DNA from: Macrostomum lignano
Lineage: Eukaryota
Assembly: GCA_002269645.1 (NCBI GenBank)
Contig: NIVC01000522.1
Coordinates: 1-64,000, forward strand
Reading direction: 5' to 3'
Length of the DNA stretch: 64,000 nt
The notes beneath the pieces are model-generated. The model saw nothing but the letters and a program-made list of their open reading frames with translations. It was not told the DNA's origin and searched no databases. Of the stretch, positions 23,154 through 37,165 are shown piece after piece. Each line of letters opens with the position of its first letter. Within the stretch, counting starts at the first letter, position 1. The position numbers were made by a program, and so were the translations under genes.

Positions 23154-24458
23154 CGAGGGGCATTCAAAAAGTTTTGGCAACTGACCTAATATCTCCAAAA
23201 GTACATATCACAAAGCGCGGAATTTTTTTACGAAATCGCAGACATATTGGTTTTAACCATAGAGTATGACTTTTTTCCCTCGAATGTGTTATACTTGCGC
23301 GTGGCCAACGCAAGGTGGTGTTTTACACTCTGCAAAAAATGGAGCCAGTGCAACCAGACCAGTGGCGATTCTGCGTTTTCATGCGCTCACGACTCGGAGA
23401 AAGCGCGGTCAAAATCCATGCAGACCTGGTCCAGGTAGTCGGGGACCAAGCCCCTTCCTATCGTACGGTCGCCAGGTGGATAGAGTCCATCAACGCCGGA
23501 CGGGCCTCCTTGAATGACGACCCCCGGTCTGGACGACTCAGCACAGCTGTGACCGAAGCCAACATCGCTGCTGTCAGGGCTCTGGTGGACGAGGATCCAA
23601 ACATTACCGTCGCTGTGATTAGCGAGACTGTCGGTATTTCCGATGGCAGTGCGCACACCATCCTGCACAGCCACCTAGGCCTCCGCAAGGTCACCGCCCG
23701 CTGGGTACCCCACCTCCTGACAGAAGAGCAGAAGAGGGAGAGGGTGCGGTGCAGCCAGGAATTCCTGCGCAACTTCGGTCCAGGAGGCAGCCAGAGGCTT
23801 TCTGACGTCGTTACAGGTTATGAGAAATGGTTTTTTTATTTTCAAGTGCCCCAGAAGATGCAGAACAAGGCCTGGGTGGGCTCTGGAGACGCGAGGCCGA
23901 CTGTCCTGCGGTCCAGCTTTCGGTCCCGGAAGGAGATGTTCGTCATCTTCATCAGCACATCTGGGCCCGTGGCCGTCATCATGGTGCCTAATGGACAGAA
24001 TGTGAACGCCAGCTTCTACTCCGGTACGGTTCTGCCACAAGTCATGGCGTCACTTCACGCAACTCAGCCCTCACGGCTTCAAGCTGGGCGAGTTCACCTG
24101 CACCATGACAATGCGTCCAGTGACACAGCGGCCCTGACGACTAACTTTCTGGCAGCCAACAACATCAAGACCATCCGCCACCCACCCTACAGTCCTGACT
24201 TGGCTCCCTACGACTTCTGGGTGTTCGCCAAGCTGACTTAACCGATGTCAGGACCTAGCTAAGTGCATCAATTCAGAGCTGAAGGCCATACCTGCTTCTG
24301 AGTACCATGGCGCATTCGAAGCATGGATTCGGCGGCACCAAAAGTGCATTGAGAGAGGGGGAGACTACATTGAAGGATTGTAACATGTTCAGTTGTTCTT
24401 TGCAGTTACTGTTTTTTTAATAGTTGACCAGTTGCCAAAACTTTTTGGGTGCCCCTCG
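23154..24458 (+). mobile_element. mariner (DD34D) transposon, 1305 bp
   Basis: 30-bp TIRs CGAGGGGCATTCAAAAAGTTTTGGCAACTG (2 mismatches with the right copy); TA TSDs at 23152-23153 and 24459-24460. Confidence 0.95.
23339..24383 (+). pseudogene. mariner transposase, inactivated
   Basis: WVPHLL and YSPDLAPYDF motifs; 34 residues between HDNA-D and PYDF-D. First catalytic Asp appears as Tyr (TGYEKW). Frameshift/stop near 24241. Confidence 0.92.
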
Positions 24459-24977
24459 TATAAAACTTAGCACCATACATGTATGTGACTGTGATTATAA
24501 CTACACACTCTGAGCACTGCAGCTTACAACGTTTTTACCATAGACAACTAAGCAATCTTCAGTAGCCAATCGGTGCGAACGGGGGCTTCGCGAAGCAAAA
24601 TTGCACCCCTAAGTTTAAGGCAGACGAGCAATCCATGGTTTTATTCATCCATGCTTTGAGCCTACTTAAGGAAAAATAAAGCAAGCGCTAAGCAAGAGCC
24701 AAGTAGCTCAGTTTTGGGTTTTTAAATAGCTGCCGTCTTAAAACCACAGATCCTATGTTAGTCTATATGAAATATTTTAAAATTATATGTGTTATTGTTC
24801 TTCTTCTGGTCTCTCACTTCTATGGCTCTTGTTCTACTTCAAATATCAATGTGAGAGCCAAATAACTGAGGCGGCGGATTCAACTGACTTTTCCTGATGA
24901 TGCAAACACTTGATGGTAACTTACAGACCGTTGTATTTGATGGTCACAATCTCGAGATGTTATCTTACAAAATATAA

Positions 24978-25501
24978 TGTCTAAGATGGAATTCCAAATA
25001 AGAAGCTCGTTTTGTTCGAGGTCCAAGGGGTTTCTAAGTGTTTGGGTGAACCGAAGGTTCAGTCTATTGTGGAACGTGGCTTGTTTGTTGTTTTAGTTTT
25101 AGTGAGTCAATTTATCAGTTTTAGTGTTTAGGTTGAGACCCTAGCTGTGTTAATCAGAAGTAGTTAGAATAGCGAGAAGGGAGAAGAGAGGCGAAAGAGA
25201 GGCGAGGCCAGGGAGGGGCGAGCTTCTTGCTTGGTTAACATGAGCTTTTATAGTACTTTTCAGTCTTGATCGCATTGGATGGTACATAACTGCTTTTCAT
25301 TGGTTGAGGTTGGGGTCGCGTCCTCAGCTTTTACTAGTTGGAGCGCATTCGTTGGTTAAAATACATTCCATCTGGATGGGAGCTTTCTAGAGCCAAAATG
25401 TGTCACTTCATATATACTCTTTTATATGTATAGCTAGCTAAATCCAACTGACTTTGCGAGAAAGTCAGAAAGTTTCTGTTGAGTTTAATTCTTGCTAGAC
25501 A
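24978..25501 (-). mobile_element. Possible solo LTR
   Basis: TGTCTA...TAGACA inverted ends. Minus-strand CCAAT boxes (25274, 25299), TATAAAA (25246-25252) and a pyrimidine-rich tract downstream. Flanks TATAA/TGCAA match only 3/5. Confidence 0.3.
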
Positions 25502-28500
25502 TGCAAAACGAGTAGAAATTAAAAAGAGTTCTATAAATATAGCCATTAAAATTGGCAAATACAGAAGTAGTCGCAGCTCTTACCTTGTTCTTTGTATGCA
25601 TGTGGTTGACACGGCCCACGGGCCCGCAAAATTAAACTACACTATATAATTATTTTAGTTGAAGCTCGCATTCTACTCTTTTTGGCTATTCTTTCGTAAA
25701 GCGCGAATGCCTTGAAGATCTGGGCTGGCACTGGTAGGCTAACCTTGGGCCATAGACTATAGTCTTTTTCTCCCACCCACAAAGCTTTGGCTGCAAATCA
25801 AAAGCTGCCAAAGCAAGCCGGTAAAGGAATTGGGTTCCAACAAAGTTGTCTATGGCTGAAGTTGCCAATCGTTCGATAGTTGTTAATGCAGACAGAGAGA
25901 TAGAAATCACGCATTAATCGCTTTTTAATGTTAAGTTGGTCTTGTCATTATTTAAAACGTTTTTTCAAGTGACAGACCAATCTTACATGAAAAATCGATT
26001 AATGTGTCGTTAGAGCAGCATGTGAGGTACAAAATAGTGTGATTAGAACTTTCTCTGACACTGTTAGGAGACCCAATCACTGTTTTAGTGTTGAAAATCG
26101 TGAAATTCCCTATTTCCGTAGTGTGTTTTCCGGTGAAACGTGCCTTTAAAACTATTTTTGAACGAAAAGCTTTATAAATATCGATAGAGCAATAAGAAAG
26201 GCACAAAATATCAAAAGATGAACGTGTCGATCTGCCTCCTTATCAAAGCAATAACAATTTTTGTGCCTTTGGAAAATTCTGTCTTAAAATTTTCTAAGAA
26301 ACGAGGTTTCCCGTCCTTTTACTTACATGTAAGTCGTCCTTGGCATGCAAGAGATAAGAGGGCTGCATGGCCTGTAAAGGGCGCTTGGCAGCAGAATAGA
26401 AAACAATAATAAAAGTGAAACGCGTCTTCCAGGAGTCCAGAGGAATTAGTCAAGGACTATAGACTACAGTGGTCCTTGGAATGGGAATTTGGACTCCAAG
26501 GCCTGATTGTTGTGTTTTTAGTTAATTGAATTGAATTCAGTCAGTTGGAGACACTTTAGTCTCGCTCAATATATTCATAGTCAAAGCATGCACGGTGTAC
26601 ATTACTCAATCGTTAGCTTAACATTAATTGGCACGTTAAACTGACACTGATTGTGCAATCACTTATCAAAAATAGATGTCAGAGCAAAACCATTCAATGA
26701 GTCATTATGCAAACTAAATCACGTTGCACACTGTCAGAACACTGATCCATGCTGGTCTTCTCACAGCGAGAGGGAAGAGCAAACTTATGATTTGCCAAGT
26801 GGAATTCTTCATTGGACGTTAAGTGGCCCACCAAAGTCATCTGCCAAGCAGATCTCTAGCCAAATCAACCGCGAAGTCACCCCAATAAGCAAGGCTGCAT
26901 CAAAGATCTTACATGTACACTCAGCAACAGTCAAAACCGCCCCTACCGAGAGAGGCGACTTCTCTCTAACCTCATGGATTTTTCAAGCTTTTCTTAATAA
27001 ACGGTTGTTTATTGTTTTTTGTGACTTTTGTGGTTAGCCCTCAGCTAGCTTTCCTATTTCACTTAAGGCCAACCTTTTCTACCTTTTTCTTTCGTTTAAA
27101 TTTTTTCTTTATTAACCCTTCCGTTTGCTTAAAAAGAAAAGTTTGTTTTAGAAAATTACGTGATGTACTTAAAAGATCTGAAGTAAAACTAATTATTTAC
27201 CAAAAAGTAGTATTATAATTTTAGAACCTGTAGCGATAATCAAAAAATCAAGTAACTACGAGCTTAAAAATTTACTTTGTTAACAATGGTGTAAATATTT
27301 AAACGGAGTGCACAGCGAATTGGCGCGGGGTAGTTCTCAAATTAAGGTCATGATGTTTTGGTACAGAAAAAAAAGTTTTTGAATAAAGTAATTATTTTGC
27401 AAAAACGATTCTTTCGTCAATTTAATTAAAAAACTGCCGTTAAAATCACAAGAAACCAAATATTTAAGACGAAATCTAGCAATTTGTTATTTTTCGCAAC
27501 GGAAAATAAAACGACCAAAAATTGTGAAATAATGCAAGTTTTCTTTTATTTTTTTATGAATTAGATACATCTTTTATTCTATGTTTACTATTTAATAAGT
27601 ATTATTTCAATAGAAAATGTTATTTTTAAATCAACATTTTGTTTTTTTCGTATAAATTGCTTGTATTTAAAATTATCGCGTAACAAGAAACACCCGAAAT
27701 AATTGATATTGTACCACTCAAGAACTTAATTATTGTACTTAAACACCGAAATATGAAGCTTAAAATATACAAAACTGGTTTAGCTAAAAATTAGGCTTGC
27801 AAAATATGTCTTTTAAAGCATTAAAAGTTTTTTTGAATTAGAATATATATAGTAAACGAGCTAGGAAGCCATTTCTTTTAAAACCTAAAATGCATGTATC
27901 TTTTTTCGAACAGACTTGCGTTTTTAAAAAAAAATACTTCAGCAAGCATTTATATTCTGCAACATAGCTTTAATACTATTTTACTATTTTACTATACTAT
28001 TTTCTTATGTAATTAGGCTGCATAACTACTAAAAGAACAGCTTATAAATTTAAATTAAATACTTTGGTCTTGGTAAGTTAATTAGCCTATTACAGACGTC
28101 TGACTCGGCAGCCACATGGATCACTGCAATTGCTCTGGCGAACCTCTGTAATCGATTCTGGCCCTGCACTAGCTGTAATGCTCGGTATACAATTCGTCTC
28201 ATTTGATAAATTACGTCGATGCCTGCAGAACTAACCACACCCAAAGGACCACTGCACATCTTAGCATTGTGGCACATACAATGATGCTGGTGTTCTGGCA
28301 GAGAAACAGGTAAAAGTGCAGCAAATGGCATTACATATCCGTCCGAGAGGTGTGCAGTTTACAGTGCTTTAGCCAATTGGGTCAGTAGAATTAAATCGAT
28401 CACATTAGAATAAAAGTAGATGTTCGCTGTACATGTAACAAACCAATAGCAAGACACTATTGGATGTCTTTCCCTTCTACTGATGCTCGTACATCAGCTG

Positions 28501-31384
28501 GCTGTCTCCACAGGCCACAGCTCATCGCATTCTCTGTTAACCGCCGCTTCAGTGCTGTCAGCCGCACTTAACTGTGTCTGGCCTCGGTATATAGAGTCAG
28601 TCCCAATGGAAAATCATCATCTAAAACATATCTAAAGCGTAATTGTCAATCGAAGAGTAATATAAAATATAGTATGTCTGTTATGGTACTGCCATGACTT
28701 ATCTGTTAAACACTTCAAAAATTCGTGTGGCAGCACTCTCTGTAGAGATTCCATCTTTCTGTACCATATTTAATATTACATTGCCAGCATCAATGGCAAT
28801 TAAGTTTTTTCTTTTGTCTTTTTTCTTGTTAGTAGCTATATGCATCCAAAGGTGGAAAGTATCAACTGAATGTTTAAGTTGCTACATGTATATCTTTAAT
28901 GAATTGCAGAACATATGAGAATGAATTTAATGTTTCAAAAAAATTAATTTTTTGTGCTTCAGACAGCTAATTTCATTGATAATAAATCAGATACAAAATT
29001 GTTTTAATACTATTTCTTGACTAATCAAATCATGCAACTTTTTTATTATTCGTTACTCTTATTTTCTTTTCAGTTTCTACTACTCTCTTTCTTCTACTAC
29101 TACTTTCTACTACTTTCTTCTACTCTTGTTTTGACTCATTATGTTTACTTGTAACTTACAATACAAATTTTAAAATCAGTTGAAAAAATTGTGTGAAAAC
29201 AACAAAAAACGACTGTTTTTAAGAGAAAAAAAGTCAATTTTATCTACATAAATCAAATTCTGTTTGTTCTGACTAACATATTGGGTGATCAATAGCAAAA
29301 ATTCATCTAAATTACGAGCGTACATAAAAAAACATCCAAAAAACCTAACAATGTGCTGAGAAAATTTTTTTCATAACTAGAGACAAAAAAGTGGTACTTT
29401 TTCTCATCCCACAGATGAGGACTTTAAATTAAAATAACTTTGGTGCTACTTGCTTTGTTGTAGTCAGCGAAATCTCTCTTTGTTAGGTTAATTTTGTGCT
29501 ATTGAAAAAAACTTAAAATTGAATTTATTTAACTTTTCTTTCTTAATATAGAATGAAACTGCCTTAATTGATACTTTAGTGTTAGATATGACTATCTTTC
29601 TTAAAAAACAGCAGAAAACGCAGCTATTAGCGTATTCTATCAACAGAACAAATTAATTAAAAGTGGATTTTTTTATCATTCATAATGTTACGTTTCTAGC
29701 AAAAATCGAAATAGCAACATCTGCTTTGCAATCGAAAGAGTTAAATGGGTTCTAGGTTGTGCTAACCAAAGTTATAAATAACATTTATCAATTTTCTTCT
29801 TTAATAAGACCACGTGAACAGAATGTAGCTTCTCTAAAGTGGGTATTATAACTCGTGCGATAATAAAAATATATATCGAAAAATGAAATAGCGCACTCTG
29901 ATGAGATTAACATCAAAAGTTCAATGTTAAAAAAGATTAAGACCCATGAGAGGCATATATTTTTTAAGTCCTTTTAGAGCTAAAATAAGAAAAGATTCAA
30001 TATTTCAGGCTGATTTTCAAAAATATTTGTTTCACTGCTTACGACTAAACTTTGAGAACGACCCCGCGACGCGCAGTTTAGATACTTTACTAACTGGTAC
30101 TTGAGTTCCACTCCACACCATTTCTTGAAGTTGGTAACTGCTTGACTGCATTCCTGCATTGCTCTATGAGAATCGAATCAGCCCTAAAATGTAGAGATAC
30201 TTTATCTAAACTGTTGCTGTTTCACTTCACTATTAATAATATTATTAGGCCCCCTATGCCTATTATTGAATATTGTATTGTCGGGTTGATTTTTATATAG
30301 GCCCCTACTGCAACAACCTCTATTCCTCAATATTTTTAACATTTGTTGCATTATTGGTAAAGTTTATCTGCACGTAGCCAACTTAGGCTAGTTTAGACGA
30401 CTATGCTAAGATCTAGCCACTTTGTTAGGAATTGGGTCACCAATCAAGGGCAAAGCTTTTTTGATAGAATTCCAGGACCAGCTGTTTCGCCCCCAAACCG
30501 TTTCGGCCATAGAAATTTTGCCCCAGACGATTTTGCCCATAGTCCATTTCACCCATTAACCAGTTTGGCTATAGGCCCTAGGCATTTTGGCCAAAATGGT
30601 GATTTTGTAATTTAGAGATATTGCTATAGGCCTACCATATATCTTTATTTTCTTTTTTCAATGCTAAATTTTATTTTTAATGTCTAATAAAATATTATTT
30701 AAATTGTTGCTACAACAATTGTGTGATTGTGTTAGTGCAATTTTGTTTATTACAATTAAAAATTATGATAGGTTTTTTTAAAGGGTTTCCTTAACCCAGA
30801 CTTTGGAAGGTTATAGGCCCTACATTAGTATATATGCCAGAAAATTCTGGTGTATAAATGACCCCTTCAAAAGAATGTTGAAGTTATTAATGTTCACCTA
30901 GAGCCACGGTTCGGATCGTGTAGTAGTATATGCCGGAACAAGAATCCTATCTCAGCTAAATGTATGTCAGTGTACGCCAAAAACAAAAAAATTCCCTAAA
31001 ATGTATGCCAAAAATTCCTCCTAAAAAAGGTTTTCACAAGTAGTTTTCTAAGAAAGGCTTTTGTATGAAAATTCTTTCAAATAATTATAAATATTTTCAT
31101 TTAAACAAACTTAAATTAAACCTAGAGAAAAAAATGCAAAATTTACATTCTTAGCAATAATTTACACAAGTTTTATTCATTGTTAATTTAAAATAAGCTA
31201 AAAGTTTATCACTTATTTTCTAGACTATACTAATTTTCTTTATTTTTTGTAAAAACTAAAAAGGGTTAATTTATATTACAATTTTTATACACGACATGAA
31301 TTTATTCACCAAAATTGGTATGCCAAAAATTTCTCAAGTTCAAAGTGGTACGCCAAAGTGGTATGCCAAACATACACATGCGCA

Positions 31385-31523
31385 CCTTGGGAATCACCGG
31401 CCGTTTCTATTGGCAACACACACATGTAAGTCGCTATTGGCTGAGAGCAGTCACGTGACTACTATTCTGTCAATAGCGACATACGTGTGTGTTGCCAATA
31501 GAAACGGCCGGGTGAATCCAAAG
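31385..31523. repeat. ~140-bp near-perfect inverted repeat (hairpin / MITE-like)
   Basis: 27-bp perfect arms CCGGCCGTTTCTATTGGCAACACACAC, extended by imperfect pairing on both sides; palindrome GTCACGTGAC in the loop (31450-31459). Confidence 0.9.
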
Positions 31524-31599
31524 GTTGCGCCCAAGCATGTGCCAAAATAGCCAAACTTTTCAATGATATGCCAGAAAATTGTGGCTTACATGTAACCTT

Positions 31600-31960
31600 C
31601 CTGAATGTAGACCTGGAGTAGGTGCTGGGTGCTTGATGGCACAAATTTTAGCTTAGAAAACTGAGGTGTTTTCACCAAGGTGTAGACTTTCTAAAAGAGC
31701 ATCTTACCCTCATGGAAGATGGTAATACCTACTCCAGCATGGTCATTGAACAGCAAGCTGTTAGTGAAGCAGTGAATGCCTTGGTTGTGCCAGTTATATC
31801 AACATCTAACAAAATGCTATCTTGGCCAGGGATGGCAGCCTAGAAGCCCCTCCTGATGTTGAGAGTGGGGAGGTAGCTATCCACATTGTCCAGGTCCATG
31901 TGGATGTTGATGAGGTCATGGCAGACAAAGTCCATATGTGGGATTAAGGTTTTCATTGGC
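31600..31960 (-). pseudogene. Degenerate non-LTR retrotransposon RNase H fragment
   Basis: [24 protein letters not shown]...KVYTL(G)ENTSVF*AKICAIK resembles the LINE RNase H pattern YTDGS...AGxG...TVFQAExxAI. Confidence 0.5.
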
Positions 31961-32493
31961 ATAAAGCCAGAGGGTGCATTGTTTAACGTTTTATCTCCAT
32001 GATAAGTTGGGAGGCAGACTTCATAGCCTTTGCTCTCATAAATGGTGAAGCAAAGGCAAATTAAGGATAGTGTTCAGCTCTTCAAAAGGGGTTGATAGGT
32101 ATTTTATTTTCTTCAGAGCTTTGTTTTAAACTTCTAATTTTAGAAACTTTATTTTGGCAAAAATGTGATCAAAATTGGTGAAGAATTGCAGTCTCTAGAG
32201 CGTTATGGACATTCAAACATACAAACAAATATTAGAGATTTAGTATATTTAGATTATATCAGTTGCAATTAAGCTACAACTATATATAGCTGTAGTTTGT
32301 TTAAATAGTAGAATATTGTCACCCTCATCATATTCCCTTAGAATATTGTCACCCTCATCATAGTCTATAAATTAATTTATAATTATAATATTAGTATCAG
32401 ACTTATAATTTATAATATTTATTAATTAATATAAAACTTAAAGCATAAGGCACTATGAGTATATAATATTTATTGACAATATTGCAGTCCTGA

Positions 32494-32898
<405 letters not shown>

Positions 32899-32959
32899 TA
32901 AGTAATTCATGGCATTCTATCATTTTTTACAATAATAATGGGTTCATGTTTCTAATAGT

Positions 32960-33135
32960 CATGAGATCTCATCTCCAATAATCATGGATCCTATCTCCAA
33001 TAGTCATAGGATCCCATCTCCAATAATCATGGATCCCATCTCCAATTATCATAAGATCCCATCTCCAATAATCATGGATCCTATCTCCAATAGTCATTAG
33101 ATCCCATCTCCAATGATCATGGATCCCATCTCTAA
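32960..33135. repeat. 22-bp minisatellite (PRMT1 intron 1)
   Basis: atcccatctccaataatcatgg, about 8 copies. Confidence 0.9.
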
Positions 33136-33295
33136 TCACTGTCTCTACCCTGTCCCTAACTCTTTACACTGCTAAGCCTCTTTAAACCACAAGTTGCAGA
33201 AGTCTGCAGGCTCCATATTTACAGGTTACTCAAATTTGAAATGTTGAAAGTTGATGTGTCATGACACGCTATGACACAAAACAACCCAGATCCCT

Positions 33296-33625
33296 GGGGG
33301 TTGTAGCCTAGTATTTATAGCGTCGGACACACTGCTTGAAGGTCAGTGGTTCGATTCCCAATTTCACTGGAACAATTTGTGTCCTTGAGTAAGATACTTT
33401 ACTCTGCATTGCTTCAGTTCACCCAGTTGTAAAATGGATGCCAGCATTAGCTGGGGTAATTGAGGGTGTGTGGTGACCCCCCAGTCCTTGGATTGAACAG
33501 CCGTACGCAGCCTTCAGATGCGCCGCGCAAAAGCTGCGGCTGAGCTGTCGGTTGCACATCTGCCTATTAGGATCCCAGTTTCACGTGTCCAGACAGAAAG
33601 CACATATGGAGTAAATATTATTTCC
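33296..33625 (+). mobile_element. tRNA-derived SINE with CORE-like central domain
   Basis: A-box-like TAGCCTAGT, B-box GGTTCGATTCC (33348-33358), then TGTGTCCTTGAGTAAGATACTTTACTCTGCATTGCTTCAGTTCACCCAGTTGTAAAATGG, similar to the MIR/CORE consensus as recalled. 3' limit approximate. Confidence 0.65.
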
Positions 33626-33629
33626 TTTC

Positions 33630-33800
33630 CTATATACTAAAAATGAGTTGTCTGTGGGTATGTGGGTATGCGATAGATTTCAGAAAAATTGGCTCAACGG
33701 ATTTTCTTCAAACTTGCACCATTCGATCAGAAATTTTCCTGGGACGGTACATGCATCTTGGCTAAGAAATTGCTCAATGTTAAAGGGATTAAATATTCGA
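33630..33800 (+). mobile_element. Possible non-autonomous Helitron 5' end
   Basis: CTATATACTAAAA...GTCTGTGGGTATGTGGGTATG...AACGGATTTTCTTCAAACTT matches the style of invertebrate non-autonomous Helitron 5' ends. A similar start (TCTATATACTAAAA) occurs at 20287. No clear CTAG 3' end. Confidence 0.35.
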
Positions 33801-34234
33801 AAAACATGCTTTTTTGCAAAGGTCAAGCAGCTCTTTCGACCTGAAATGCATTGTAAGAATGCTAGAGAAAAAACTGACTGACTGAATTTCAATTCTGATA
33901 AAGATTGCATCACAACAAGTTGAAAACAGTGCCGAAGAAATGCACACACGACTTGATTTAAATTGCGTAACCAATATTGCTAACTTGAACTGAGACTGAT
34001 ACTGGCTGACTGAGAAATTGATTATGTCATAACTTTTTACTTTAATTGACTTGCTGTAAGAATTGAATTATAAGGGCCACAATTCATGTACTCCAATTGA
34101 AAAGAGATAGCCTAGATACGAACAGACTGGACTGCCAACGTAGCGACCTGGGTTCGAATCTTAGTAGTGCAAAATAATTTTTTTATAAAACACCTTGAAA
34201 ACACGAAACTGCTAAACATAAAAAATCACAATGT

Positions 34235-36175
34235 CAAACATAAAAGAGGCACCATGTCAAACATTACATGGGCACCATGTAAAACATATACGTGACTCTA
34301 TGTCAAACATTAAAGAGCCACCATGTGAAACATAAAAGAGTCACCATTTCGAACATTAAAGAGCCACCACGTCGAACATTAAAGTGCCACCATGTCAAAC
34401 GTAAAAGAGCCACCATGAAGAACATTAAAGAGCCACCATGCCAAACATAAAAGAGCCACCATGTCGAACATTAAAGAGCTAGCATGTCAAACATTAAAGA
34501 GCCACCATGTCGAACATTAAAGAGCCACCATTTCGAACATTAAAGAGCCGCCATGTAAAACATTAAAGAGCCACATTGTCAAACATAAAAGAGCCACCAT
34601 GTAAGACATTTAAGAGCCATCATGTGAAACATTTAAGAGCCACCATGTCAAACCTAAAAGAGCCACCATGTCGAACATAACAGAGCTACCATGTCAAACA
34701 TTAAAGAGCCACCATGTCGAACATAAACGAGCCATTATGTCGTACATTAAAGAGCCACCATGTCAAACATTAAAGAGCCACCATGTCAAACATAGAAGAG
34801 CCACAATGTCAAACATAGAAGAGCCACCATGTCAGATATTAAAAAGCCACCGTATCAAACATAAAAGAGTTACCATGTAGAACAAAAAAGAGCCACCATG
34901 TCGAACATAAAAGAGCCACCATGTCAAACATAAAAGAGCCAACATGTCAAACCTAAACGAGCCACCATGTCTAATATTTAAGAGGCACCATGCAAAACAT
35001 ATAAGTGACTTTATGTCAAAAATTAAAGAGCCACCATGTCAAGCATAAAAGAGCCACCATGTCAAACATTAAAGAGCCACCATGTCGAACATTAAAGAGC
35101 CACCATGTCAAGCATAAAAGAGCCACCATGTCAAACATTAAAGAGCCATGTCAAACATTAAAGAGCCACTATGTCAAACATAAAAGAGCCACCATGTAAA
35201 GCATATACGTGACTCCATGCCAAATATATACGTGACTCCATGTCAAACACATACGTGACTCCATGTGAAACACTAAAGAGCCACCATGTCAAACATTAAA
35301 GAGCCACGATGTCGAACATTTAAGAGCACCATGTGAAACATAAAGGAGCCACCATGTCGAACATTAAAGAGCCACAATGTCGAGCATTAAAGAGACACCA
35401 TGTCAAACATTAAAAAGCCACCATGTCAAACAATAAAGAGCCACCATGTTGAACATTAAAGAGCCACCATGTCTAACATTAAAGACCACCATGTCTAATA
35501 TTAACGAGCCACCATGTCGAACATTAAAGAGCCACCATGTCTAACATTAAAGAGCCACCATGTCGAACATTAAAGAGCCACCATGTCCAACATATAAGTG
35601 ACTTCATGTCAAACATTAAAGAGCCACCATGTCTAACATTAAAGAGCCACCATGTCTAACATTAAAGAGCCACCATGTCGAACATTAAAGAGCCACCATG
35701 TCGAACATTAAAGAGCCACCATGTCTAACATTAAAGAGCCACCATTTCAAACATTAAAAAGCCACCATGTCAAACAATAAAGAGCCACCATGTTGAACAT
35801 TAAAGAGCCACCATGTTGAACATTAAAGAGCCGCCATGTCAAACATTAAAGAGCCAGCATGTCGAACATTAAAGAGCCACCATGTCGAACGTTAAAGAGC
35901 CACCATGTCGAACATTAACGAGCCACGATGTCAAACATAAAGAGCTACCAAGTTAGACATAGAAGAGCCACCATGTGAAACATATATGTGACTCCATGTC
36001 AAACATTAAAGAGCCACCGTTTCTAACATTAAGGAGCCACCATGACAAACATAAAACTGGCACGATGTCAAACATTAAAGAGCCACCATGTAGAACATTA
36101 AAGAGTCACCATGCCAAACATTAAAAAGCCACCAATTCAAACATAAAATAGTCACCATTTCAAACACAGGAGAGA
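34235..36175. repeat. 23-bp minisatellite, ~1.9 kb (PRMT1 intron 1)
   Basis: aaagagccaccatgtc(g/a)aacatt repeated with many variants. Confidence 0.95.
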
Positions 36176-36294
36176 CATTTTCAAACGTAATAAGAAGCGT
36201 CATGCCAATCATAAAGGAGTCCCTAGAAAGCTAAAAGGAAATGTTGCACTATATACTTTTTGTCTGGTGGATGCTTGCTATTTAAGGATAGATA

Positions 36295-36450
36295 CTTGCT
36301 ATCTGGGGGTTCTTTCTATCTGGGGTGCTTGCCATCTGAGGGATGCTTGCTTGCTTGCTATCTGGGGGTGCTTGCTATCTGGGGGTGCTTGCTATCTGGG
36401 GGTGCTTGCTATCTGGGGGTGCTTGCTATCTGGGGGTGCTTGCTATCTGG
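36295..36450. repeat. 17-bp minisatellite
   Basis: ttgctatctgggggtgc repeated. Confidence 0.9.
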
Positions 36451-36661
36451 GAGGAGGGGGGATGCTTGCTGTCTTGGGATGTTTTCTTTTTGCATTGCGC
36501 TTCATTTGAGCAGTTTTTCTGTTGTCTTTCTGAAGACTCTATTTGGCGGTTTTTTTTTACTTGTAGAGAACAGAAGTTCTATCCAGATGTCCCCCATCGG
36601 GGGGCAAAGATTGCTAGTTAATTTTACTAAAAGTACATTTCCCTTATCACCCTAGTCCTAA

Positions 36662-37165
<504 letters not shown>

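Larger units (their letters stand above)
20898..24653 (-). mobile_element. P-element superfamily (THAP9-like) transposon, internally deleted, with ~145-bp TIRs
   Basis: TIRs 20898-21043 and 24512-24653 begin CATGGATGAATAAAA (7 substitutions + one 4-bp indel between them). 8-bp TSD CTTTGAGC at 20890-20897 and 24654-24661. Confidence 0.92.

Noticed and set aside
25600-30400. Short ORFs (e.g. 26651-27037, 28050-28331) in the AT-rich interval
   Set aside because: No recognisable domain, splice pattern or TIR/TSD pair could be supported by eye; probably old repeat debris.
34235-36175. Dozens of perfect Kozak sequences (GCCACCATG) in the 23-bp satellite
   Set aside because: Intronic. The unit is not a multiple of three and frames close quickly, and the vertebrate Kozak consensus need not apply. 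Treated as coincidence.
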